DNA of 60,199 nt, filler included, from a candidate division WOR-3 bacterium (GTDB lineage: Bacteria > SDB-A), in NCBI GenBank assembly GCA_016934535.1. It is 6 parts of 6 records of this genome, joined end to end, with 100 filler letters (N's around TTAATTAATTAA, not from the genome) between each part and the next. Parts side by side here need not be neighbours in the genome. Positions count along the whole stretch, not along the records: positions 1 to 13,144 come from JAFGSQ010000035.1; 5 more parts are not named here. One strand, given 5' to 3'. Below are positions 1 through 8,947 of the stretch, piece after piece. Both the position numbers and the translations under genes were made by a program. The stretch's first letter is position 1. Each line of letters starts with the position of its first letter. The notes under the pieces are model-generated. The model saw nothing but the letters and a program-made list of their open reading frames with translations. It ran no database searches and was not told the origin of the DNA.

Positions 1-110
1 AAATAATTCTCTTCTTCTTCGTTTACTTTCAAAGTAACTCTATCAAATCCCATCAACCTCAAAATTTCTTTTACGTTTTCTTCAATCCATTGATAAATTT
101 TTTCGTTCAT
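1..110 (-). CDS. 5' part of probable Jag/KhpB-like RNA-binding protein (runs off window start)
   Basis: ATG at 110 right after the yidC stop; reads MNEKIYQWIEENVKEILRLMGFDRVTLKVNEEEENY; the slot downstream of yidC is typically jag. Confidence 0.5.
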   Translation of the reverse strand, partial: MNEKIYQWIEENVKEILRLMGFDRVTLKVNEEEENY

Positions 111-111
111 T

Positions 112-1884
112 CTATTCCACCGTTTTTTTTGCCTTTTCTCTGTATTTGAAATAAAATTGCTGAATCAAACCGAAAAGATTGTATGAAGCCCAATATAAAA
201 CAATAGCCGACGGGAATCCTAAAAATATATAAGTCATGAAAACCGGCATTATATACGTCAGCGTCTTCTGCTGGGGATTCGTGTTTGTCATTTTTTGCTG
301 AATGAACATCATGGCTCCCATCAAAAGGGGCAAAATCCCTATCCCTGGAGACGAGGTGAAGGGCAGGGATATCGGTATGGTGGCTTCAGGCGCAGAAAGG
401 TCTGGAATCCACAGAAAACTCTGGTTTCTCAAAATTATGGTGGTTCTCATTATCTGGTAAAGAGACATGAACACCGGCATCTGAAGAAGCAGAGGAAGAC
501 ATCCGCTGAACGGGTTGAAAGCTTCCTGTCTGTAAAGTTTCATGGTCTCTTCGTTTAATTTTTTTGGATCTCCTTTATGTTTTTCCTTGAGAACTTGAAG
601 TTTAGGCTGAAGGTCCTGCATTCTCTTCATGGATTTCTGGCTGTAAAGTGAAAGCGGCAGAAAAACTACATTCATCGCGAACGAGAAGATTATGATGTCA
701 AGACCGTAGTTGGGTATGAATCTGTTCAGCAACCTCAAAAACCACAATAGAACTTTACTGATAGGCCTCAGCCATCTCCAACCCATCTGAACATTCTCGT
801 CCAAGTGAAAGCCGGTGCTCGACAACTGTGTTTCGTCGAGTGGTCCAGTGTAACAAATAAATTTCGCGGTGTCTGTGTGAATTGGACCAAAACTAACATT
901 TGTCTCGTAGTCGTGACGGCTGTCGTCTCCAGCGTAGGACACGAACTCAACTGGAGAATAAAAATCGCTTCCATCGTCGTTTCTCGGTATAAAAGCCATC
1001 ATAAAATATTGGTCGGCGACGCCAGCCCAAAACGCCGGGTCTTTGTATTCTTCTTTTCCCTCTGCGATGTCCTTTAGGCTTTTTCTGAAATACCTGAATC
1101 CGGTTGGATTCATTGCGATAAAAAATCTGTTTTTTGCGGGGTCAACTTTTCCGTCTTCTTCGGTTACAGCCATTCCGTCGAGCCAAGACATGTTCCAGCT
1201 GAATCTCATTCTGCTGTTGAAATCTGTCCAGCAGGCGACTTGAAAAGAGTACCCTTTCGGAGGCAATGAATATTTTATGAAAATCTCTTCTTCAGTTGTG
1301 TCCGAAAACGAGAATTGAACCAACGAATCCGATACGAGCGAATCAAATTCAGTGTTTTTGACGCGCAGTATTTTCTGAGAAAATACAAGCGTCTGTGTGT
1401 CAGATTCGACAAATGCAGTCTCGAGAGCGAAAGGCACCGAATCCGAACAAAAAACCGTCTTAGCGGAGCTGTCTTCTGTTAGGGTGAAAACAAGTCCCCT
1501 TTCAGGGGGTGTTTCGTCTTCAAGAGGAAAAAGAATCAGGTTTGCTTCGTCTCCATCCATTCCGTAATCATGAAGTTTTATTTGAGCGACTGAAGCCCCT
1601 CTCAAAAGATCGAGGTTGATTGTCAGGTTCTCGTTGCTTATCTGATATTGGGGTTGAACCGGTTTTCTGGTAAAAATCAGGTCTGCGCCGCTGTCTGAAA
1701 ACACATTTTGGGAAATAAACGCGGAATCCGTTTCTATCTCCGAAGTCGGTGTAGTTTGGGCGGAGGCTGTGTCTTCGATGGCCTGGGTCTGGTTTTTTTT
1801 ATCTTTGTTGAAAAGAAATTGCCATGAAACAAGCACTATAAAAGAGACCACTATAGCCAGAATTATTCTAAGTTTGTAATCCAT
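112..1884 (-). CDS. yidC: membrane protein insertase YidC
   Basis: N-terminal TM, periplasmic domain, conserved NYG..II, SMKRMQDLQPKL, NPFSGCLPLLLQMPVF, LYW motifs; rnpA-yidD-yidC context. Confidence 0.97.
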   Translation of the reverse strand: MDYKLRIILAIVVSFIVLVSWQFLFNKDKKNQTQAIEDTASAQTTPTSEIETDSAFISQNVFSDSGADLIFTRKPVQPQYQISNENLTINLDLLRGASVAQIKLHDYGMDGDEANLILFPLEDETPPERGLVFTLTEDSSAKTVFCSDSVPFALETAFVESDTQTLVFSQKILRVKNTEFDSLVSDSLVQFSFSDTTEEEIFIKYSLPPKGYSFQVACWTDFNSRMRFSWNMSWLDGMAVTEEDGKVDPAKNRFFIAMNPTGFRYFRKSLKDIAEGKEEYKDPAFWAGVADQYFMMAFIPRNDDGSDFYSPVEFVSYAGDDSRHDYETNVSFGPIHTDTAKFICYTGPLDETQLSSTGFHLDENVQMGWRWLRPISKVLLWFLRLLNRFIPNYGLDIIIFSFAMNVVFLPLSLYSQKSMKRMQDLQPKLQVLKEKHKGDPKKLNEETMKLYRQEAFNPFSGCLPLLLQMPVFMSLYQIMRTTIILRNQSFLWIPDLSAPEATIPISLPFTSSPGIGILPLLMGAMMFIQQKMTNTNPQQKTLTYIMPVFMTYIFLGFPSAIVLYWASYNLFGLIQQFYFKYREKAKKTVE

Positions 1885-1898
1885 TTTGCTCCTTAATT

Positions 1899-2111
1899 TT
1901 ATTCAAGCGGGTCATACCCCCCGGGAAAGAAAGGGTTGCATCTTAAAATTCTCTTGATAGACAAGTACGCGCCTTTCAACACTCCGTATTTCAGGAAAGC
2001 CAGTTTCGAATACTCCGAACAAGTGGGGGTATATCTACAAGAGGGCGGAAAAATCGGAGAAACGAAAACGCGGTAAAATTCTATCAATTGAACGATAACT
2101 TTCGTCGTCAA
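1899..2111 (-). CDS. yidD: membrane protein insertion efficiency factor YidD
   Basis: [28 protein letters not shown] motifs; TTG start at 2111 overlaps the rnpA stop (TTGA). Confidence 0.95.
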   Translation of the reverse strand: MTTKVIVQLIEFYRVFVSPIFPPSCRYTPTCSEYSKLAFLKYGVLKGAYLSIKRILRCNPFFPGGYDPLE

Positions 2112-2440
2112 ACCAATCCGGCTTTTTTCATCGCTTCTGTCAATTGCTTCTCCAATTCTTCGAAATCCAAATACGCGGCTTCTTTTTTTGCTATGACGAT
2201 AAATTCGAAACATGATGTCATCCTTGAGACGTTTTTTACCAGTAAGGCTTTCAATCTTCTTCTCAGTTTGTTTCTCGCAACAGCGCTTCTAATCCCTTTT
2301 CTTAAACCGATGCTGAACATGGTCTGAGACGAAGGTTTATGAACGATGCTTATGAAAGAAAAATAATCTCTTTGTCCTTTTGAGAGAAGATTTTCTATAT
2401 CCTTCTTTTTACTGAGTTTTCCGTAAACGAAGGGGCTCAT
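2108..2440 (-). CDS. rnpA: ribonuclease P protein component
   Basis: [13 protein letters not shown] (RNR motif); between rpmH and yidD. Confidence 0.92.
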   Translation of the reverse strand: MSPFVYGKLSKKKDIENLLSKGQRDYFSFISIVHKPSSQTMFSIGLRKGIRSAVARNKLRRRLKALLVKNVSRMTSCFEFIVIAKKEAAYLDFEELEKQLTEAMKKAGLV

Positions 2441-2583
2441 CCGGCAATTTCAGGAACAAGCCTTTTTCTTCCTTTAGCCCTTCTGCTCGAAAGTACTTTC
2501 CTTCCGTTTCTGGTGCTCATTCTTTTTCTAAAGCCGTGTGATCGCGCTCTTTTTAATCTGCTCGGTTGATATGTTCTCTTCAT
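2437..2583 (-). CDS. rpmH: 50S ribosomal protein L34 (below ORF-track cutoff)
   Basis: Hand translation [60 protein letters not shown] overlap with rnpA. Confidence 0.97.
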   Translation of the reverse strand: MKRTYQPSRLKRARSHGFRKRMSTRNGRKVLSSRRAKGRKRLVPEIAG

Positions 2584-2647
2584 TTTATCCTCCGGAAATT
2601 GTATAGTTTCATAAAAAACGTAAATTATATCATTTTCTATCTAAAAG

Positions 2648-2998
2648 TCAACGAGGTTGACAGCCAAACTCCGTAACTTTCGCTTCAGGCCAAATGCTTT
2701 CGAGGTTATACAATTCTCTCATCTCAGGAACCATCAAATGGACCATGAAATCTGTGAAATCGAGAACAGACCATTTTCCGCTCCTGACACCTTCTTCTCG
2801 GAAATGTGTTTTTGACTGCGATTCCTTCAAAGATTCATGAATCTTGCGTATCAAGCTCCTTGAGTGGACATCGGAAAGGGTCGTCGCGATTATGATTCCG
2901 TCAGTCACAGCTGAAAGACCCGCGATGTCAATGTAAACGACATCGTAAGCCTTGTTTTGAAGTAAAACTTCGACAATGGCAGACGTTTCTTTATTCAT
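2648..2998 (-). CDS. rsfS: ribosome silencing factor RsfS (Iojap)
   Basis: KAYDVVYIDI, EG...GKWSVLDF...VHLM..EMRELYNLESIW. Confidence 0.92.
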   Translation of the reverse strand: MNKETSAIVEVLLQNKAYDVVYIDIAGLSAVTDGIIIATTLSDVHSRSLIRKIHESLKESQSKTHFREEGVRSGKWSVLDFTDFMVHLMVPEMRELYNLESIWPEAKVTEFGCQPR

Positions 2999-2999
2999 C

Positions 3000-3974
3000 T
3001 TATCCCTGTCCGGCGCTTCCCATTACGTTGACATTCTTGTCAATGAGAAGCTCTTTCAAAGCTTCTCGAGCGGGACCAAGATAATCTCTTGGGTCGTATT
3101 TTTCCGGATTTTTCGACAATATTTCCCTTATTTTTGCTGTAATAACAAGTCTTCCGTCCGTGTCGACGTTTATTTTGCAGACGGAGGATTTTGCCGCTCT
3201 TCTCAATTGATCTTCAGGGACACCCGCGGCGCCTTCGAGTTTACCTCCGTATTTGTTTATCAGTTCGATGTAATAAGAGGGAACCGACGAAGAACCATGG
3301 AGCACAATCGGAAACCCCGGGATTTTTTTCGTGATATCGTCAAGAATGTCAAATCTCAGCTCAGGCATGGGTTCGCCGGGTTTAAGCTTGAATTTATAAG
3401 CGCCGTGTGAAGTGCCTATTGAAATAGCGAGGGAATCGACGTTGGTCTCCTTGACGAACTCCTTGACCTTTTCAGGATCCGTGTATGAAGTCGCTTCTCC
3501 GACGACGTCGTCTTCTATGCCGGCGAGAACCCCGAGTTCACCCTCGACAGTTATGTCGAAATTATGAGCGAAATCGACCACTTTTTTTGTCAACTCAATA
3601 TTCGCCTGATAGGGAAGTGAAGAGCCATCGATCATCACCGAGGAAAAACCGAATTCTATCGCCGACTTGCAAGTTTCAAATGAATCTCCGTGATCAAGAT
3701 GAAGGGCTACCGGGAATGAAGCTTTCATCTCGTCTCTCACCATTCTCACAGCCCCCTCCGCCATATACCTCAGCATCGTAGGATTTGCGTATTTACGCGC
3801 TCCCTTTGAAACTTGAAGAATGACGGGGGAATTGGTTTCAGCGCATGCGAGCATAATAGCCTGAAGCTGTTCCATGTTGTTAAAATTATACGCGGGAACT
3901 GCAAATCCATTTTTGTAGGCTTTTTGGAACGTTTCCCTCGTGTTGACAAAACCAATACTTTTAAATTCCAACAT
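3000..3974 (-). CDS. fba: class II fructose-bisphosphate aldolase
   Basis: AYNFNNMEQ, LHLDHG, SSVMIDGS, VEGELG, SIGTSHGAYKF, VLHGSS, KINVDTD; AGGAG RBS before ATG 3974. Confidence 0.96.
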   Translation of the reverse strand: MLEFKSIGFVNTRETFQKAYKNGFAVPAYNFNNMEQLQAIMLACAETNSPVILQVSKGARKYANPTMLRYMAEGAVRMVRDEMKASFPVALHLDHGDSFETCKSAIEFGFSSVMIDGSSLPYQANIELTKKVVDFAHNFDITVEGELGVLAGIEDDVVGEATSYTDPEKVKEFVKETNVDSLAISIGTSHGAYKFKLKPGEPMPELRFDILDDITKKIPGFPIVLHGSSSVPSYYIELINKYGGKLEGAAGVPEDQLRRAAKSSVCKINVDTDGRLVITAKIREILSKNPEKYDPRDYLGPAREALKELLIDKNVNVMGSAGQG

Positions 3975-4026
3975 ATCCACTCCTTTTTCTTTATTATATC
4001 AAAATTTTTTACCTGTAAGAAATTTT

Positions 4027-4740
4027 TTAATCTCCACCAGAAAAACAATCGGAAACCCGTCCAACCAGCCAATCAGCCATTAAAAGTCCAAACATCGCAG
4101 TGACAATGATGGAGGAGCCTATTGGAGAACCTCTGCCAGAAGATGACTCCATGGAATACACTACGGGAAAGTCGTAAACACCTTTCAATTCTTTTCTCAT
4201 TTTTCTCGCCAGAGGGCAGACAGACGTCTCGCTTAGAAGAGAGACCTTTACCAGTCGAGGATTTTTTTTCCATCCGGCTCCCATAGATGAAATAAAATCC
4301 GCTCCGCTTTCAGCGCACATTTTTGCCAACAAAATCTTTGTCTCCACGCAGTCAACAGCGTCGAGAACAAAGCGCGGCTCAAAATTCTCAATTAAACACA
4401 AATTATCTTTTGTAACATGTTCTTTTATCCCCTTGAATTTTTCTTTTGGGTTGATACCGGAAAATTTCATGACAGCTTCGTCTACCTTGCTCTTTCCGAC
4501 ATTTTCCGTTGAAGATTGAAAATGCCTGTTAAGGTTAGAAGTTTCAATATCTTCGTCGTCAACAAGAAGCATATTTTCAGCGCCGATCCTGCATAAAATT
4601 TCAGAAGCGGCAGATCCTACTCCTCCAATTCCCACGACAGCTATTTTTGTCTTGGCGAGAAGTTCAATCGTTTTATGACCGTATATTTTTTCAGTTCTCG
4701 AAAAAAATTCTTTTCTTGAATATTCGTCTCGCGTTTTCAT
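4027..4740 (-). CDS. tcdA: ThiF-family tRNA threonylcarbamoyladenosine dehydratase (TcdA/CsdL-like)
   Basis: VGIGGVGS, SNLNRH, ISSMGAG, CPLARKMRKEL, VVYS.E motifs. Confidence 0.85.
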   Translation of the reverse strand: MKTRDEYSRKEFFSRTEKIYGHKTIELLAKTKIAVVGIGGVGSAASEILCRIGAENMLLVDDEDIETSNLNRHFQSSTENVGKSKVDEAVMKFSGINPKEKFKGIKEHVTKDNLCLIENFEPRFVLDAVDCVETKILLAKMCAESGADFISSMGAGWKKNPRLVKVSLLSETSVCPLARKMRKELKGVYDFPVVYSMESSSGRGSPIGSSIIVTAMFGLLMADWLVGRVSDCFSGGD

Positions 4741-5461
4741 ATATCAATTCTCGTGTCTTTTCAAAAGACATTTTTTTTATTTTTGCAATCTCTTCAATTA
4801 CAAGAGGCAACTGCGCAGGTGTACCGCTGTTGGGTTTTCCGCCGAAGAAAAAATAGGGAGAATCGGTTTCAGCCAGCATCAATTCAGAGGGTATGCTCTC
4901 AACCGATTTACGCAATTTTTTATTTTTCGGATTGAGAACATCAGCTGAAACTGAAAAATAGCAACCGAGAGCGGAAAATGCCCGAACCTGTCCGTCTCCT
5001 CCGCTGTATCTGTGCAAAATCAAGGGAACTTTAATATTCATGCCCTTGAGTTCGCGAAGAAGAAGATCATACTGGCCTAAGCAGTGGATGATGACGGGTA
5101 TTTGTTCTCTATGGGCGATTTCCAGTTGGAGGTTAAAAACAGTTCTCTGAAGCTTTAGGTCTGCGGTGTTTTTCAACGTGTCGTATCCTATCTCGCCGAT
5201 AGCCGCTACTCTGAAATTTTTAGCTAGTGAAGAAAGAAGGGCAATTTGTCGAGAAAAATCGTCATCCACGATGGACTGCGGATGAATACCGGGGCTTATG
5301 CAGACTCCCTCTTCTTTTCTTAGAATCTCGCTTTCCCAGATATTCCAATCGGTGACACTGTCAATTATGATCTTTACACCCGCCTCTTTCGCTTTTGTTA
5401 CCACAATCTGCCTTTTAAAAGAAAGAGGAGGATGTGTCAGGTGACAGTGGACGTCTATCAC
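4691..5461 (-). CDS. tatD: TatD-family metal-dependent hydrolase/DNase
   Basis: IDVHCHL, GIHP, AIGEIGYD, IIH, LH, ETDSPY. Confidence 0.92.
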   Translation of the reverse strand: MIDVHCHLTHPPLSFKRQIVVTKAKEAGVKIIIDSVTDWNIWESEILRKEEGVCISPGIHPQSIVDDDFSRQIALLSSLAKNFRVAAIGEIGYDTLKNTADLKLQRTVFNLQLEIAHREQIPVIIHCLGQYDLLLRELKGMNIKVPLILHRYSGGDGQVRAFSALGCYFSVSADVLNPKNKKLRKSVESIPSELMLAETDSPYFFFGGKPNSGTPAQLPLVIEEIAKIKKMSFEKTRELIYENARRIFKKRIFFEN

Positions 5462-5916
5462 TAATAAACTGTTTTGACAACGGCGACAGGTGTTTCTATC
5501 TCAATCAACACGCCGTCCACGAAAAACATCAGCCAACCAATGACCTGTTCTCCGTCTGTCACCTTTTCCGGAAAGTCCACTTCAGCCCTGACATCTATCG
5601 ATCCTTCTTCTCTTTTGGATGTTATGATCAAAGCGGAATCGAAAGAAACTGAAGACAAATTCTCTCCTTTCGCGTTTTTTATCATTCCCGCCTTTAATCT
5701 CGCTTCTTCAAAGACCGACTCTTGATCGATATTGACGGTAAAAATACACACAACTTTATGTTCCGTTGGAGGTATGGTTGGCATCCTGTTTCTCCAGATT
5801 TCCAGCTCCACCCTTGCGAATTCCACGGCTCTGCTGACAATTTCCGGATTCTTTGGCGCGCAGGAAGACAGAGCAAGACCAAACATGAATAATATCAAAA
5901 CCGTTTTGTTACTCAT
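5461..5916 (-). CDS. predicted lipoprotein, unknown function
   Basis: Signal peptide with lipobox LSSC; coupled between EF-G paralog and tatD. Confidence 0.7.
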   Translation of the reverse strand: MSNKTVLILFMFGLALSSCAPKNPEIVSRAVEFARVELEIWRNRMPTIPPTEHKVVCIFTVNIDQESVFEEARLKAGMIKNAKGENLSSVSFDSALIITSKREEGSIDVRAEVDFPEKVTDGEQVIGWLMFFVDGVLIEIETPVAVVKTVY

Positions 5917-7987
5917 GATTTTCTTCCCTCCTCTTTCTGGTCTCCTCCGCGATTTTCATAGTCAATTCTTTCGGGACCTCTTCATAATGAGAAAGTTTTT
6001 GAGTGAAAAAACCCCTTCCCTGTGTTATGGACCTAAGATTTGTCGAATACATATACATTTCCGCCTCTGGGACGAGAGCTTTGATTTTCTGCCATTTCCC
6101 CAAAGGCTCCATACCGAGAACTTTTCCTCTTCTCGTGCTTATATCGCCCATTATGTCCCCAGTGTTCTCGTTGGGGATGGTTACTTCTATACTGACGATA
6201 GGTTCCAGTAATATTGGGTTTGCTTCCGGAATCGCTTTTTGAAAAGCCAGAGAGGCCGCTATTTGAAACGCCAGGTCAGAAGAGTCCACTTTGTGGTAGC
6301 TGCCGTCAAAGAGAATGGCTCTGAAATCAACCGTCAGGGAATTCGATAAAATCCCTTTTTTACGAACCTCTTCGAGACCTTTTTGAACCGCTGGGATGTA
6401 GTTTTTCGGAACAGCGCCTCCGAAAATCTCGTCTTTGAATTCAAAATCTTTACCCCTCTCAGTCGGTTCAAAGCGTATCCACACATCGGCGAATTGTCCT
6501 CTTCCGCCCGATTGTTTTTTGTGTCTGCCCTGAGCTTCGGCTTTTTTTCGTATGGTCTCGCGATATTTAATAATCGGTTTTTCAAATTTCAGGTTGCTCC
6601 CCGATTTTTTTATTTTCGATAGTATTATTTCAAGATGCGTCTCGCCCATGCCTTCGACGAGAGTCTGTCTTGTCTCCGAATCGTATCTGAACCTGAAGGA
6701 TGGATCTTCTTTTTGTATCTTAGTCAGACCTGATATCATTTTTTCATCGTCAGATTTCGATTCGGGAATTACCGCGAAAGTGATGCTCGGTTCTGGAAAC
6801 CTAATTTTTTCAATTTCGACGGAAAGGTTCTTGTCCGACAGAGTATCGTTTGTAGTCGTGTCCTTCAATTTGACGAGCGCGGCTATGTCACCAGCCGACA
6901 GCTCTTTGGTTTCAACCCTTTCCTTTCCCGACACGGAGAACATTTGGCCTATCTTTTCCATCTTGCCGGTTCTGCTGTTCAACAGTTCTGACCCGGTTGA
7001 GACTTTTCCAGAATAAGCCCTTAGGTAGCAAATTTCACCTACATGCTGTTCAGCGGTCATCTTGAAAACAAGACCCGAGAAAGGCGATTCCATATTTATT
7101 TCCGTCTCTCCATCCCCGAAAACTTTCTTAGCTTTCATAGGGTATGCAACCGAAGGGCTTGGAGATAAAGACACGATGAGGTTCAAAAGGTCCTCCACAC
7201 CAGCGCCTAATACAGCGTCTCCGCATAGGACAGGTACAAAAAGGTTTTTCTTGAAAGCTTCCACGAGACCTTTCGATATCTCTTGCTCGGTCAATTTCTG
7301 TCCTTCAAGATATTTTTCCATAAGCCCCTCGTCGGCTTCTGTCGCTGATTCGGCAATTGTGTTGTAAGCTTCGTCAACTTTAGCGGTCAACTCCGCAGGA
7401 ACATCAGCGTCGATGACTTTTCCGCCTTCAATGATTCTCGCTTTTTTCGCCACTGTGTCTACGACTCCCTTGAAAGACGTCCCTTTTCCCAGGGGCAGGA
7501 CAAAAGGAGTGAATATCACCTTGGGAAAAGATTCTCTGAGAGAAGACAGGCATTTTTCAAAATCGGCGTTGTCTTTTGTCATGTGGTTAATGAACACGAG
7601 CCTCGGCATATTTTTTTCGTCGAGTTTATCCCAGTTTATCTCGGTGCCGACCTCGACTCCTGAAGCTGAATCAACCAAGACAATAGCACTTTCAGCCACC
7701 TTTGCGGCGGCGATAGTCTCAAAAATAAAATCTATGTATCCTGGCGTGTCTAGTATGTTTATCTTCTTTTCTTTCCAGGTAAAATTCGCCATTGAAAGAT
7801 TTATGGAAGTTTTCTTTGTCTTCTCTTCCTGGTCGAAATCCATGACCGTATTGCCGTCGTCTATCGTGCCCATCCGGTTTATGACCCCCGCCCTGAAAAG
7901 CATTGACTCCGCGAGGGTCGTTTTTCCCGCGCCTTGATGAGAAATTAAAACAACATTTCTGATATCTTCAACCCCAAAAAGCGACAT
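5909..7987 (-). CDS. fusA: elongation factor G paralog (EF-G2 type)
   Basis: Full EF-G architecture (DTPG, GMGETHL, HKKQSGGRGQF, DGSYHKVDSS); divergent G motifs; not in the str operon. Confidence 0.93.
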   Translation of the reverse strand: MSLFGVEDIRNVVLISHQGAGKTTLAESMLFRAGVINRMGTIDDGNTVMDFDQEEKTKKTSINLSMANFTWKEKKINILDTPGYIDFIFETIAAAKVAESAIVLVDSASGVEVGTEINWDKLDEKNMPRLVFINHMTKDNADFEKCLSSLRESFPKVIFTPFVLPLGKGTSFKGVVDTVAKKARIIEGGKVIDADVPAELTAKVDEAYNTIAESATEADEGLMEKYLEGQKLTEQEISKGLVEAFKKNLFVPVLCGDAVLGAGVEDLLNLIVSLSPSPSVAYPMKAKKVFGDGETEINMESPFSGLVFKMTAEQHVGEICYLRAYSGKVSTGSELLNSRTGKMEKIGQMFSVSGKERVETKELSAGDIAALVKLKDTTTNDTLSDKNLSVEIEKIRFPEPSITFAVIPESKSDDEKMISGLTKIQKEDPSFRFRYDSETRQTLVEGMGETHLEIILSKIKKSGSNLKFEKPIIKYRETIRKKAEAQGRHKKQSGGRGQFADVWIRFEPTERGKDFEFKDEIFGGAVPKNYIPAVQKGLEEVRKKGILSNSLTVDFRAILFDGSYHKVDSSDLAFQIAASLAFQKAIPEANPILLEPIVSIEVTIPNENTGDIMGDISTRRGKVLGMEPLGKWQKIKALVPEAEMYMYSTNLRSITQGRGFFTQKLSHYEEVPKELTMKIAEETRKRREENHE

Positions 7988-8134
7988 TTCCCCTCCTTGA
8001 AAGAAATATACGAAAGACTTTCAAAACTTGGTGTGAACCTTATTTTAATCATATTTTATCTATAATTTCAATAAATGATTTTGATTATCCCCACAATTTC
8101 AAATATAAAACTTAATAATCCATATTAGAGGGAT

Positions 8135-8944
8135 TTGCGCCGTCCGTTTGGAACTATTTGCAGACTTTCAGGCAACGGAAAGAAATTATTCGAAGAAAAT
8201 TGTTTTATCCGGCAATTTTTTATATCATCTTTTGATGACTGTGTAAAAAACATAGATCAACTTCAAAGGAAGAAAAATATCAAAACTGCAATAATCGTTT
8301 TTGACCTCGACGGGACTCTGATCGACACTTCTGACGATATAGTAGCGTCAATAAACCACACGAGAAATCAATTTGGTTTAAAACCTTTCCCAAAAAAAGA
8401 AGCCATGAAGTCCATCGGACAAGGTTTTGACAATTTAATCAGGATGTCACTCGACAGATTCGGAAAAGACGACGGCATAGTGACCATAGCAAAGAAAGTC
8501 TTCACAGATCATTACATTGAACATATCACCGACAACAGCTTTCCCTACGATGGAATTACAGATGCCCTCGAAATCCTGACATCAAAAGGATTTTCTCTAT
8601 GTATCGCCACGAACAAGGAAATTGCAATGACAGAAAAATTACTCCTCTCACTGGACATTTACAAATACTTCGATATAATCGTCGCCGGCGGCATGGGAAT
8701 ATCGCTTAAGCCGGAACCCGACATGATATATAAAATTCAAAAAGACACAAATGCAATTACGGACAGGATCGCCGTAGTCGGCGACGCTTGGACTGATATT
8801 CAATCCGCAAGAAGGGCGGGGTGCAAATCAGTTCTCGCCCAATGGGGCTTTAAAAACACAAAGGGAGAAAAGGCGGATTTCAACGCCTCTTCTCCCCGAC
8901 ATTTGATAGGTATCGCCGAAAATCTATTCAGCGATAATCAATGA
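8135..8944 (+). CDS. HAD-superfamily hydrolase (phosphoglycolate phosphatase-like); start uncertain
   Basis: FDLDGTLIDT, ATNK, KPEP, VGD...DI motifs. Confidence 0.88.
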   Translation: MRRPFGTICRLSGNGKKLFEENCFIRQFFISSFDDCVKNIDQLQRKKNIKTAIIVFDLDGTLIDTSDDIVASINHTRNQFGLKPFPKKEAMKSIGQGFDNLIRMSLDRFGKDDGIVTIAKKVFTDHYIEHITDNSFPYDGITDALEILTSKGFSLCIATNKEIAMTEKLLLSLDIYKYFDIIVAGGMGISLKPEPDMIYKIQKDTNAITDRIAVVGDAWTDIQSARRAGCKSVLAQWGFKNTKGEKADFNASSPRHLIGIAENLFSDNQ

Positions 8945-8947
8945 TTT

